Part shown: positions 10,349 through 19,695 of the stretch, piece after piece
How the letters are laid out: each line of letters opens with the position of its first letter
Position numbering within the stretch: the first letter of the stretch is position 1
Virus record (IMG/VR): IMGVR_UViG_3300017528_000567
Location: 124,001 to 188,000 of that record
Direction: 5' to 3' (one strand)
Length of the DNA stretch: 64,000 bases
Notes under the pieces: model-generated
Seen by the model: only the letters and a program-made list of their open reading frames with translations
What the model was told of the DNA's origin: nothing
Databases searched by the model: none
Program-made: the position numbers and the translations under genes

Positions 10349-10671
10349 ATGGCCCGCAATATATAGTCGGCCAAGAGATGATCATCAGGCCGGGGCGCGG
10401 GAACCAAGAGCATGACTGTGTCAAACCCAGTCCCGGGGCCTCCGGACTCCATAACGAGATAGTCTTCCAGCAGCGCCAAGCGACTACCGTTGAAGAAGAT
10501 CGAGATGTCTAGGAACGGCAAATTATGCGAGAATTTCTCAAGCCCCGGTGTCGTAAACATCACGTTGAGCCCGTCCCGAGCTCCGACCAGATTCTGGCCG
10601 ACCCTATACCGGTCGACAGCTATGAATAGCTGCTGCGCAACCTGTAACGATAGCGGGTTGAGAAGATACAC
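10345..10671 (-). CDS. Virion structural protein, paralogue of 9812..10348
   Basis: NGSRL...DYLVMESGGPGTGFDTV motif. Confidence 0.65.
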   Translation of the reverse strand: MYLLNPLSLQVAQQLFIAVDRYRVGQNLVGARDGLNVMFTTPGLEKFSHNLPFLDISIFFNGSRLALLEDYLVMESGGPGTGFDTVMLLVPAPRPDDHLLADYILRAI

Positions 10672-10699
10672 ACGACCAGTCCTTTAGAATCAGAGTGCT

Positions 10700-12610
10700 T
10701 CAGCCAAGAGCCGCGATCGCAGCCGCGATCGCCGCATCAACGTAGGCTCGGGTCGCGACGTCCTGTGGCCCGACAGGGTCGAGCGCGTTACTAATCACCT
10801 TATCCCCAACGTCAAACTCAGTGGCAGGGTCATCGCGGATCGTCGCGCTCACGCTGGCCCAGCTCGCCGCTGCAGGGCCACTCGCAACAAGTGCCTGCCC
10901 AGCGCTCGGAGCCACAGCGGCCGACACCACAACCACGCTTGACGCCGTACGTACCCCCGAAGCCGTACGATCATTCGACAATCTCGGGTCCACGCCTTCC
11001 ACAAGATTTCCAGCGGATGAGCCAAACGGCGGCAAGCCATGCAAATGGTCGCTCCGAGCAAGCGTCGCAGCTGAACCAACTGCGCTCGCTCCGCCTACGG
11101 TGAGCGCAAGAGCAGCGGCCGTCGCTGGTAGTGCATGCACATGGTCACTCCGAGCAAGCGTCGCAGCTGAACCAGCCGCACTCGCGCCGGCCAAGGTAAG
11201 CGCCACGGGTGTTCCAGCCCCTGGCATTGCATGCACATGATCGCTCCGAGAAAGCGAAGCCGCCGTCCCAGCTACCACTGTCGAAGCAATCAAAAGAGCT
11301 GCTGGCGCCGCAGTCACAACATCGTGTAGATGGTCAAGCCGAGATGCACTCGGCGAAGCTCCAGCGCTCGCCGTTTGAGGCTTAACGGCAGCCGGCGCGA
11401 CGTTGCTGAGGGCAAGCGGCATCTTCCATGTCGCTGTATTTGACGACGTCGCAGTAAGCACGGCGTTCGTTGCGGGCGTGTCAGCCGCAACAGTCGACAC
11501 TATTGTCTGCTGCGCCGTGCGCAGACCGGTACTCGTGCGGTCATCAAACAATCTGGGATCGTTACCTTCCGCGAACGCCCCCGCAGTCGAACCAAAAATT
11601 GGAATTTCATGTGCGTGGTCTGCGCGTGACGCTTCATCCGATGTGCCGATCGCACTGGGCTGACCTGGGATCGACCCGAGCGGATCAATTGTCGACGTGA
11701 CCCCGCCACCGCCCGCTACTGTGGTCCAGCTCGCCGCCGTAGGCCCTTGTGCCGTGAGCACCTGCCCTGCACTCGGAGCCGCCGCAGTCGACACCGAGAC
11801 GACGCCTGCCGCGGTGCGTAGCCCCGAGGCTACCCTGTCATCAGACAGTCTTTCATCATCGCCTTCCGCGAACGTCCCAGAAATTTCACCAAAAGGCGGA
11901 AGACCATGGCGGTGATCCGCATGCGGAACTTCCGTCGAGGTACCCATCACGCTCGGCTGACCTGGCACCGATGGGGTGGGGACAATCGACGTTCCGTCCT
12001 GAGTCGATGGCTGAAGGTCGACCCCCAAAGCCAATCTCGCGGACATCGAGAAAGCTCCCCCACTCACATAGATGGTAGCGAGAGACCCCAAGAAGCTGAG
12101 CGAATGAGTCTCCGTTGTGCTTCCTGGGACATTGAAGGTTGCGCCGCCGTCTTCAGTTCCGATCTCGATGTCAGCATCGCACTGAAAGTTGAAATCGCGC
12201 ATCAACGGCAAGTCGAGCTGCTGCGTCCCGATAGGTGTGCCGGCTATGAGGATAAGCCCCGTGCTAGAAATGAAGCTAGCAGGCAAAACTAGAGTCATTG
12301 CCCCAGGCGTGCCCTCTACCCCGTTGGTCACAGTCACAAACTGCATCCAGAAGGCTATCCCATCCGGGATGCCATACGACGCCGGGTCAAAAACAATGCG
12401 AATCTGATCTTCCAGCGGCTGAACACTCAACTTTTGGCGATCGACATTCGGATCGAGAAACCCAATATTCGTCGACGTAAGGAGGAGCTGAGGGGACTGG
12501 TCAAAATTCTCAGCCCACTTCAAGCGATACCCTTCAACCCCCGGGACCCTCGGGGTCATGATGTTGACCACGTTGGGAAGTCGAGGGAAGATACTAAATA
12601 GTCGTTTCAT
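10700..12610 (-). CDS. Fibre protein with repeated DHxH metal-binding-type motifs
   Basis: Six DHxH motifs; three EGxDxRLxxDRxxxGxRTA repeats; C-terminal DVATRAYVD resembles the DAATKxYVD motif of phage fibres. Confidence 0.75.
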   Translation of the reverse strand: MKRLFSIFPRLPNVVNIMTPRVPGVEGYRLKWAENFDQSPQLLLTSTNIGFLDPNVDRQKLSVQPLEDQIRIVFDPASYGIPDGIAFWMQFVTVTNGVEGTPGAMTLVLPASFISSTGLILIAGTPIGTQQLDLPLMRDFNFQCDADIEIGTEDGGATFNVPGSTTETHSLSFLGSLATIYVSGGAFSMSARLALGVDLQPSTQDGTSIVPTPSVPGQPSVMGTSTEVPHADHRHGLPPFGEISGTFAEGDDERLSDDRVASGLRTAAGVVSVSTAAAPSAGQVLTAQGPTAASWTTVAGGGGVTSTIDPLGSIPGQPSAIGTSDEASRADHAHEIPIFGSTAGAFAEGNDPRLFDDRTSTGLRTAQQTIVSTVAADTPATNAVLTATSSNTATWKMPLALSNVAPAAVKPQTASAGASPSASRLDHLHDVVTAAPAALLIASTVVAGTAASLSRSDHVHAMPGAGTPVALTLAGASAAGSAATLARSDHVHALPATAAALALTVGGASAVGSAATLARSDHLHGLPPFGSSAGNLVEGVDPRLSNDRTASGVRTASSVVVVSAAVAPSAGQALVASGPAAASWASVSATIRDDPATEFDVGDKVISNALDPVGPQDVATRAYVDAAIAAAIAALG

Positions 12611-13062
12611 GAGGCAGCCTCTCGCTTGATGTGGGGATCGAAAGTCTTGGCGCTCGCCGCGGCTGCGCGAGCCGCATCCCGAGCTCCGTGCTCTCTATTC
12701 ACGCGCGCATAGGTAGACTGGTATGCCGCGTCCTTGGCCTCCGACCACGAACCAGTCACCTGCCCATTGTGGTTCGGAACCAGTCGCTTAGGCGTCACAT
12801 GGTCGCGCTCGCGGCGACCCATGATCTGCCGGCGAGCAGCTCTATACTTGTTCTCTTTGGTGGCCTTTGAAATCCAACCGCCAGCCTCACCGTCCTTCAA
12901 CACGAAGCTGACAGCCGACGGTTCGAACACGAGGTCCGGCTTTCCACCGCACGCACAGGCCAGCACGACAGTCCCCGAGCTCACCCCCTCATACTGCTCG
13001 AAGGAAAGCTTGCGTATCTCTTGCTTCTGACAAGTCGAACATTGCGTGTCGTATAGTGGCAT
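12607..13062 (-). CDS. FmdB-like zinc-ribbon protein
   Basis: MPLYDTQCSTC...CACGG pattern; start moved to the ATG at 13062. Confidence 0.7.
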   Translation of the reverse strand: MPLYDTQCSTCQKQEIRKLSFEQYEGVSSGTVVLACACGGKPDLVFEPSAVSFVLKDGEAGGWISKATKENKYRAARRQIMGRRERDHVTPKRLVPNHNGQVTGSWSEAKDAAYQSTYARVNREHGARDAARAAAASAKTFDPHIKREAAS

Positions 13063-13064
13063 AT

Positions 13065-13973
13065 CTAAATCTTTCGCTTTGCTACAGTCCAATCTTTCAC
13101 GTGAGCGAGTACAGCAGCCACGTGCTTACAGACTCGGTTGACCATCGTCGGGTCGCGAATCACCGGCACCGAGGCAGTCCCCCTGGGCTTGCCATCCAAG
13201 TAATCCTCCCGCTTCGAATGGTGCTCCGGCCCCTGCCAACGCCACGCCGGGCACGAGCAAGTAAGGTCCAGGTCCATCTTGGTTAGCTTCGTGATGCGCG
13301 CATTCCTGACCCCCTTGATCTTGACGACCCGGTCCACGTTCCCGCAGTTCACAGCCAAGAGCCATCGCAGGTTCTTTGTGTCAGCTCGCTTGAGCTTCAC
13401 ACCACAGCGTCGCGAGCGCCATTTCACCCTAGGATTCAACCCGCTTACGATCGAGTCTAAGCGCAGAGCGATCTTGGTCCGCTTGGCCGCTTCGATCCGC
13501 CTGACAGGAGCGTGCTCCGCATCCCATCTGGCAAGCACGAACTCGGCTGACGCATTCACCGTATTCGGGATGTCGTCACGGTACGGGTATTTGGTCTTAG
13601 GGCCTTCCCATTCACCCTTACCCCACGCTCCAATCCCATCGTGCTTGTTCGCGTTCTCGTCTTTGAATTCGATCCGCTCGCGATGCGTCAGCTGATCATC
13701 AGCGTTATCCGTGCGATAGATGCTCTCATCATCGCCCTTGTCGAAGTCACGAATGTCCTTCTCATCTTTGTCATGGACAGACGTTCCGGGGATCTTGTTG
13801 TCGAGCGACAACCCCTTGCTCGCGGGCTCATCATCACCCGGCAACTTCGCGCCATTGGACGGCCCGCCGCCTGGCAATCCCGACTCACCAAGGCGCTCGC
13901 CTCCCTTGGGCAGAGCTGGATCGCCCTCACCATAAGCAGGCCTGGTCATCAACGGTTGCTTCAGATCGGGCAC
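13065..13973 (-). CDS. SWIM zinc-finger protein with acidic, disordered N-terminus
   Basis: LTCSCPAW...VCKHVAAVL matches the SWIM CxC...CxH signature. Confidence 0.75.
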   Translation of the reverse strand: MPDLKQPLMTRPAYGEGDPALPKGGERLGESGLPGGGPSNGAKLPGDDEPASKGLSLDNKIPGTSVHDKDEKDIRDFDKGDDESIYRTDNADDQLTHRERIEFKDENANKHDGIGAWGKGEWEGPKTKYPYRDDIPNTVNASAEFVLARWDAEHAPVRRIEAAKRTKIALRLDSIVSGLNPRVKWRSRRCGVKLKRADTKNLRWLLAVNCGNVDRVVKIKGVRNARITKLTKMDLDLTCSCPAWRWQGPEHHSKREDYLDGKPRGTASVPVIRDPTMVNRVCKHVAAVLAHVKDWTVAKRKI

Positions 13974-13978
13974 TCACT

Positions 13979-15379
13979 CTAGACCTTCCAGGGATCCGAG
14001 CCCCCGCTAGCCTTCTTGAACTTGTCCTTGTACTTATCGGTGTTAGATTCCCACTCCTTCGCCTCCTCATCGGACATGTTGTCTGTAGGATCAGCCGGTT
14101 TGCCTTCTTCGAACCGTGACTCCTTCTCATCCGACGCGGATTTGAATTTGTCCTCGTACTTATCGGTATTGGCTTTCCATGCTTTGGCATCCTCTTCGGA
14201 CATGTCTTTCGTAGGATCCGCGGGCTTGCCCTCTTCGAATCTTGACTCCTTCTCATCCGACGCGGACTTGAACTTGTCCTCGTACTTATCGGTGTTGGCT
14301 TTCCATGCTTTGGCATCCTCTTCGGACATGTCTTTCGTAGGATCCGCGGGCTTACCCTCTTCGAACCGTGACTCCTTCTCATCCGACGCCAGCACCATCG
14401 AATCCATCACATCGGGCTTCAGGTAACGCCGCGCGAGCCGGACGGCCTTGCTCATACGAATGGCTAGACCTGCCACATCGCTCGCGCCGATGCTGTCACA
14501 CATGAGTCCGATCTCCGAGACGATGCTTGCCAGCTGGTCGAATGCCTGACGCATCTGGCTCCCCGAGGTGCCTCGAATATAGGCAATACGAGCAGCATCG
14601 CGGATATAATCAAAGCCAAGGGACATGTTGTATGGTCCATCAACCCCGAGGTCCCCAGCGTCGGCGGTCTTGACCCCTGCCGCCGCCTTGACCTCAAGAC
14701 TGTCTCCCAACACACGCCGGAGAATGGCCGCGAGCATTAGACGGCTCGGACGCTTCTTTTCATTGCCGAGCCCATGAGCCAGCCGACGCAGCGTTACCGC
14801 CACTTCTTGATTGGATGACGCAGTACGAACCGCGTCCCCCTCAAGGGAAGCGATCAGCCGAGTCAAAGACTCCGTATCGACATGTCCCGTCTCTTCGATC
14901 TGAGCGGCGACCCGCTTCAACTGTACTGCAGCATCTTGAACTCTCATGCGTGACTCCGGTTGTGATGACTTTCGCTTGACACGACGCACTCGGACGTCTT
15001 TCAGAGCGTCCTCCAGCTGTTCGACTTTCTCAGGTCTGAGGTCGTCTTTGATCTCTTCGTAATCCCATCGCGCTACGGCCATCGCTGCCGCATCCAATGA
15101 CTTGGTCACGCGCATCAAGGTGTCTGGGATGGCATGCAACAGATGGCCCGCGACCTCGAAAAAGTGGTCGCGGTGCTCCGACTTCTCGATCAGTTCGTTA
15201 GCCTCATCGATGTAGTTCTTGAGCTGATTAGTTCTAAGCCGAGCATCGCCAAGTTCCTCAAGGAGGAAGACAGAGATCCCCGAGGCTGTCTTGGCTTGCT
15301 TCAAGCACCGATCGTCCAATGGAACACGCTCCCAGGTCGCAAATGGGTCACGTGAGCGTTCCCACAAAGAAAACATCAC
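13979..15379 (-). CDS. Probable internal head protein with 3 x 42-aa C-terminal repeats
   Basis: Lies in the head module; KTAS, RTAS and KSAS motifs; tandem repeat. Confidence 0.65.
   Translation of the reverse strand: MMFSLWERSRDPFATWERVPLDDRCLKQAKTASGISVFLLEELGDARLRTNQLKNYIDEANELIEKSEHRDHFFEVAGHLLHAIPDTLMRVTKSLDAAAMAVARWDYEEIKDDLRPEKVEQLEDALKDVRVRRVKRKSSQPESRMRVQDAAVQLKRVAAQIEETGHVDTESLTRLIASLEGDAVRTASSNQEVAVTLRRLAHGLGNEKKRPSRLMLAAILRRVLGDSLEVKAAAGVKTADAGDLGVDGPYNMSLGFDYIRDAARIAYIRGTSGSQMRQAFDQLASIVSEIGLMCDSIGASDVAGLAIRMSKAVRLARRYLKPDVMDSMVLASDEKESRFEEGKPADPTKDMSEEDAKAWKANTDKYEDKFKSASDEKESRFEEGKPADPTKDMSEEDAKAWKANTDKYEDKFKSASDEKESRFEEGKPADPTDNMSDEEAKEWESNTDKYKDKFKKASGGSDPWKV
14009..14386 (-). 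repeat. Tandem 126-bp coding repeat x3
   Basis: Anchor tccttctcatccgacgc at 14121, 14247 and 14373 (126-bp period); unit SDEKESRFEEGKPADPTKDMSEEDAKAWKANTDKYEDKFKSA. Confidence 0.95.
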
Positions 15380-15403
15380 ACTTCAGGGCGCCGAGCCCGA
15401 CCT

Positions 15404-16477
15404 TCAGGCGAAGGCCTGAGGGAACAGCGCGAGGATCTGCGATTTGATGACTTCTTCTTCCGCAGCAAACACGGCACGCAGAATGTCTAGCCGGTCCTCA
15501 AAATCAGCCTGCAGCCGCGCCAGCTTCTTCTTTGTCGGGGCCGCGAAGTCGTAGGACTCCGGGAAGTCCGGGCAAAGGGCCTTGGCGATCCTCAGACGCA
15601 CCGCCGCACTCATCGGCGGTATGGCCGCCTTGACGGTAGGCTTTTTCACGGCTTTTGCGGTCGGGACGTTCGTATTCGAGAACGTGATGCCATCCTCGAC
15701 GGTCTTTGAGGTGACCTCCCCCACACTGGCCACAACCTCCGCGTCGCCGCCATCCCAGGTCTCGATCCCGCCGCCCGTGGACCCCGTGACGGTCATGCCC
15801 TCGGACGTCGTCTTGGACCCCGACGCTGTCTTTATCTTGCCAACGGTCTTACCGGACCCCGAGCTCGCCACCGCCTGCACATAGCTGGCTTTGACGGCCT
15901 CCTTCTTGAGCAAGTAGGCCTCCCGCTCCACATCGCTCATGCGCTCCAGCATCTCCTCTACGGAGATGCCCTGGCCAGGAGTGATGCTCACGTGGTCGAG
16001 CGCGTTCAGGACCTCCCGGGCCTCAGCTATGTTCGTGGTCGAGACCGCTGGGGTCTTGAGCTTACGCACCGGGACGCCATCCGATCCGGCTTCAGAGGCC
16101 GTGCGGCGATTGGCTGCCTTCGTGTTGGAGGCGTGCTCGCTGTAGTTCATCACGATGCGCTCATCCTGCTCGACAGTGGCGATCATCGTTTTGGGCTGGT
16201 CTCGCTCTGTCGCAGAACGCACCTGGATCTTAGCTGCGAGCGGCCGTCCGTATGCCGGGTCGGTTGAGTCGTAGCTCTCAGTCAGCACAATCCACGCCGC
16301 AGAGAGAGCCCCGCGGAGCTGGGGAAAAGCATATTCCGCACCAGCGTACTTCACCGTAGAGCCGTCGAACTCGAGCTCCGTGCCGTTCTCGACCCGCACA
16401 TTGAAGTTCCCAAGTGCGAAGCTACGAGTGGCCGTGAAGGCCTGGAACTCCCCTGTCTTAAATCTGATTTGGTCCAT
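15404..16477 (-). CDS. Hypothetical head-module protein
   Basis: Start moved to ATG 16477 (GGAG upstream, MDQIRF); folded-looking ends with an RTAS/KTAS-containing linker. Confidence 0.7.
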   Translation of the reverse strand: MDQIRFKTGEFQAFTATRSFALGNFNVRVENGTELEFDGSTVKYAGAEYAFPQLRGALSAAWIVLTESYDSTDPAYGRPLAAKIQVRSATERDQPKTMIATVEQDERIVMNYSEHASNTKAANRRTASEAGSDGVPVRKLKTPAVSTTNIAEAREVLNALDHVSITPGQGISVEEMLERMSDVEREAYLLKKEAVKASYVQAVASSGSGKTVGKIKTASGSKTTSEGMTVTGSTGGGIETWDGGDAEVVASVGEVTSKTVEDGITFSNTNVPTAKAVKKPTVKAAIPPMSAAVRLRIAKALCPDFPESYDFAAPTKKKLARLQADFEDRLDILRAVFAAEEEVIKSQILALFPQAFA

Positions 16478-16565
16478 TATGATCTCCATCGAAGGGCGTG
16501 AACGATGCCCTCCCAATAGGAAAACCATAGGTAGACTATTTATGCGGCAGCTTCTGATCTGGCCA

Positions 16566-16814
16566 TTAGACGTGGCCGGCGGTCTCGTTGTACCGTTTTG
16601 CCAACTGGTTGCGCTCGCGGATCGCGGCGTTGATAGCGTTGATAAGCGCGTTTCGCCGCCCGATGCTCGTAGCGTGACCCTTTTGAAAGGTCAGCGTCTT
16701 GAGCTTACTATCAAGCGCCGCGATCTCAGCCTTCATTTCCAGGGTAGTCATCAAGGGCGGACGCTGCGCGTGTGCCCAACGCTGAAGAACCCTGCTCGCC
16801 AATGCCTCGCTCAT
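16566..16814 (-). CDS. Small coiled-coil protein with N-terminal RVLQRW tag
   Basis: Begins MSEALASRVLQRWAHA, followed by a heptad-like helix. Confidence 0.65.
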   Translation of the reverse strand: MSEALASRVLQRWAHAQRPPLMTTLEMKAEIAALDSKLKTLTFQKGHATSIGRRNALINAINAAIRERNQLAKRYNETAGHV

Positions 16815-16850
16815 GTATGAGCCAGCAAAGGCACAGATTATTGCGACCGC

Positions 16851-17183
16851 TTACTTGACCAAGACCCCAGTGTTTTCCTTGACCTGCCGGGCCAAGTCAT
16901 CCCAGAGCTGCACCATCCTGAAATCCTTCTCGGCGGTCACCTCCAGCCGAACACCGAAGTGTTTCTCGGTCCAATCCTGGATGGCCTCGATGGCGAGCTC
17001 ACGCTCCGTGTACGTGGAGGCTGCGCGGGCAGTGAAGATCTTCACCGTCTTACCGTCTGCGAGCCAAGTCTCGACCCGAGCCGCCATCAATGGAATGGGC
17101 TCGCCGATGTGCTTGGGGCCGCGCCACTCATCGTAGTACGCAAGGGTCCCGTCCAAGTCTACTGCATACCAACCGTTTGCCAT
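16851..17183 (-). CDS. HAD-superfamily phosphatase (polynucleotide kinase/phosphatase-like)
   Basis: AVDLDGTLA (motif I), IFTAR (motif II), LWDD (motif IV). Confidence 0.85.
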   Translation of the reverse strand: MANGWYAVDLDGTLAYYDEWRGPKHIGEPIPLMAARVETWLADGKTVKIFTARAASTYTERELAIEAIQDWTEKHFGVRLEVTAEKDFRMVQLWDDLARQVKENTGVLVK

Positions 17184-17192
17184 ACAGCGGCG

Positions 17193-17199
17193 CTACACC
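17193..17199 (-). promoter_or_regulatory. GGTGTAG element 9 nt upstream of the HAD gene ATG
   Basis: GGTGTAG-CGCCGCTGT-ATG. Confidence 0.55.
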
Positions 17200-17206
17200 A
17201 GAGCAC

Positions 17207-17584
17207 TCAGCCGCCAACGCTGAACTGGCAGAACCACTCGTTGCCGCGCTGTTGCACCCTCTTGCACGTGACATTGGTTGCGTCGAAGATCGCATCCTTG
17301 AGGAACTTCTCGTCGAACTTGCCCGTAGGGTCAATAATCGTCAAAGACCCGTCGATCATTGCTGAATCGCTACCCACGCGAAACTTCGAGATCTGCGACT
17401 TGTCGAGGTCCAACTCCAACCCAAAGTTGCTAAGTTGCTCCGCAGCAATGCTAAGCGTCACGCGTGCGGCCTTCCTAGCAGCCTTCTTGGCTGTCTCCTC
17501 CACCTTTTGAATGTATGACTCAAAGGTATCGATCAAGTCACGTTGACCGGCCTGGCGGCGCCGAAAGTCGTATTGCATACCCAC
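17207..17584 (-). CDS. Hypothetical protein with YDFR N-terminal motif
   Basis: Begins MGMQYDFRRRQAG. Confidence 0.6.
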   Translation of the reverse strand: MGMQYDFRRRQAGQRDLIDTFESYIQKVEETAKKAARKAARVTLSIAAEQLSNFGLELDLDKSQISKFRVGSDSAMIDGSLTIIDPTGKFDEKFLKDAIFDATNVTCKRVQQRGNEWFCQFSVGG

Positions 17585-17602
17585 GCCAAGCGATAAAAGC
17601 TT

Positions 17603-18376
17603 TCAGGCGCGGTCCGGCAAGTACTCGCGGTACACAGCGTCATGAACGTCCCCAACAGCCCACTGCACGGCCTGATTGTCTGCGTTAGGAGCGTCCAGGT
17701 CGACGCCCTGATCACGAACGTACTGCTCGACAAGCTTCTCTGAAAACTTCCGCGCCATCACATCCGAGATGACCTTGGTCGTCATCTGGCGCTCGCGATC
17801 CTCGGGATTCCCGAATGGCTTGAAACCCAACGGTACAGCCCCGGATTGGACCGCCGAGATTGCCCGCTCAACATCTGGGCGAACGTACCGGTCGAAGTAC
17901 TGCTGAGTCAGCTCATTCACCGACTTCTGAAAATCAGACTCGATCTCCGAGATGTATTGCCTCAGAGCATCCTCGTTCTCGCGTGCCGCTTCAGCCATTG
18001 CACGCTCGATGACCACGAAGGTCCCATGATCCACCCGGTTGAGCTGGCTCTTCTTGCCCAGCTGTACCAGCTTATGCGTCATGCCGCTCGCGCGGTCCGA
18101 CAACTTCTCGTTGCCGTCGTGAGCTCGCCACATCACCACAAGCTGGCGGTCGGTGTCGTGCACCCACAGGTATTTGAACTTGCCGGCACCAGGCCCCATG
18201 ATGATCCGAGCATCACCCGCCCACTCTGCCTGCTCCTCTGCAGTACCTAGCGGGCCACCATCATCCGACAGGAAATACTTCTCGCCGTGAATCTTGATCA
18301 CGTGCGGATTCTTGACGTGCTTACCCCCGAACGGGATCACGTCGCCAGCAAGCCTGCCTCGGAAATCGTAGGTCAT
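17603..18376 (-). CDS. Hypothetical protein with YDFR N-terminal motif
   Basis: Begins MTYDFRGRLAG. Confidence 0.7.
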   Translation of the reverse strand: MTYDFRGRLAGDVIPFGGKHVKNPHVIKIHGEKYFLSDDGGPLGTAEEQAEWAGDARIIMGPGAGKFKYLWVHDTDRQLVVMWRAHDGNEKLSDRASGMTHKLVQLGKKSQLNRVDHGTFVVIERAMAEAARENEDALRQYISEIESDFQKSVNELTQQYFDRYVRPDVERAISAVQSGAVPLGFKPFGNPEDRERQMTTKVISDVMARKFSEKLVEQYVRDQGVDLDAPNADNQAVQWAVGDVHDAVYREYLPDRA

Positions 18377-18385
18377 ATCAGCGGG

Positions 18386-18703
18386 CTATATGCCGTACCG
18401 ATCGAGAACCTTCGCCAACTCCTCCAACGCCTTAGCTGCCTGGTCGGCGCTCGCCTTGATTCGTGGAAACTGGTCGATTGTAACAACAACGGCCGCATCA
18501 CTACCGGAAGTATGCCAACGAATCATGCCGAGCTGCCCAGCGCGAGCCTCACCCTTTCCGGTTTTTTCGTCGTACTTGACGTGGTTCCAGTGGTCGTTCA
18601 TGAGCTCGTAGAACTCATCGCCGTCATGACCAGCAACCTTACTGCGAGCCGCTACCCGTTCAGCCCTAAGCGCCGCTTCAAATTCATCGCGTACATTCGC
18701 CAT
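18386..18703 (-). CDS. Small hypothetical protein with RVAAR tag
   Basis: Contains LRAERVAARSKVAG near the N-terminus. Confidence 0.65.
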   Translation of the reverse strand: MANVRDEFEAALRAERVAARSKVAGHDGDEFYELMNDHWNHVKYDEKTGKGEARAGQLGMIRWHTSGSDAAVVVTIDQFPRIKASADQAAKALEELAKVLDRYGI

Positions 18704-18742
18704 ACTTCACCCCAAGATAAGAAGTTCTGCATCCGCAGCCCC

Positions 18743-18780
18743 AAAGAACAAGAGGCCAATCCATCTCTGGATCGGCCTCT
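18743..18780 (-). terminator. Intrinsic terminator downstream of the major capsid gene
   Basis: Minus-strand AGAGGCCGAUCCA-GAGA-UGGAUUGGCCUCU (13-bp stem including one G-U, GNRA loop) followed by UGUUCUUU. Confidence 0.85.
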
Positions 18781-18813
18781 CAGGTTACGTCAAGTCATTT
18801 CAAGCTACTTAGA

Positions 18814-19695
18814 TCAGACGCGGGTGATGACCACGCGGGTCAGACCACGCGGGTTGAACGCACCGATGCCCAAGTTCTCAAAACATGAGAAACCAATCGT
18901 ACGAGCCTTCGGATCGTCTGCCGAAAGGACGGTGATCTCGGTACGAACCGGGATACGACCGAACTGCTCGGGCTCGCAGCACACGTATGTGAAGCCAGCG
19001 GGCACGAGACGTGACGTGATGATCTGAGCTCCCCAGAGAACGGCCTGGAGACCTGTCTTGAGCAACGTGGCCTGGCTCTCAATGTCCAGGATGTCGCGAC
19101 CGAACTTACGAATGTCGGCATAGTCGACCGCGTTCATGTAGATGCGGGCGACACGTAGGTCGTGACGCTCAATCTCAGCAAACGCATCAGCCAAAACAGA
19201 CGGGCTGATCGGGGCGACAACCGGAACGTCCGGGTTCGTCTGGCCGGGCAGCGTGTCGAAACCAGAGACAGCGATGCTGTCCATGATCGCAAACGTACGC
19301 TCGTCTTCCGCGGCCTGAATCTGTGCCTTCGCAAGATCCTGAGCACGCTCGATCAGATCGAAGCGACGCTCCTTGATTTGCGTGAGCGGGATCTCCGGGT
19401 TCGAGGCAATCTCGAACAGCGGGAAGATCACGCGCCGTGGCTTCTGAATCGCAAGGATGTTCTCGCCCTCTTCGCCGACAACGAACGCCGTAACATCCGG
19501 GTCCTTGTCGTAGATTGGGAGAGCGCCATCAGGCAGCTGCTCGACCAGGAAGGTCTTACGACCTACAGCCGAATAGTCGCGACGCAGACGCAGGGGCTGC
19601 ACCATCGAAGCGGCGAGCTTCTGGCGGCCTGCAGCGGTCTTAATGTACTCACTAATGACCTGCTGCTTGAGTTGATTAGAAACTTGGTGTGCCAT
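18814..19695 (-). CDS. Major capsid protein, HK97-like fold (293 aa)
   Basis: Follows the protease, scaffold and decoration genes and precedes a strong terminator; HK97-like pattern (FEIASNPEIP..IKERRFDLIERAQ; LWGAQIITSRLVP; FENLGIGAFNPRG). Confidence 0.85.
   Translation of the reverse strand: MAHQVSNQLKQQVISEYIKTAAGRQKLAASMVQPLRLRRDYSAVGRKTFLVEQLPDGALPIYDKDPDVTAFVVGEEGENILAIQKPRRVIFPLFEIASNPEIPLTQIKERRFDLIERAQDLAKAQIQAAEDERTFAIMDSIAVSGFDTLPGQTNPDVPVVAPISPSVLADAFAEIERHDLRVARIYMNAVDYADIRKFGRDILDIESQATLLKTGLQAVLWGAQIITSRLVPAGFTYVCCEPEQFGRIPVRTEITVLSADDPKARTIGFSCFENLGIGAFNPRGLTRVVITRV

Noticed and set aside
14009-14386. Regular repeats as a possible CRISPR array
   Set aside because: They are contiguous in-frame 126-bp coding units with no unique spacers.
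16537-16543. ATAAATA as a T4-type late promoter
   Set aside because: I saw only one occurrence, and it lacks the leading T of TATAAATA.
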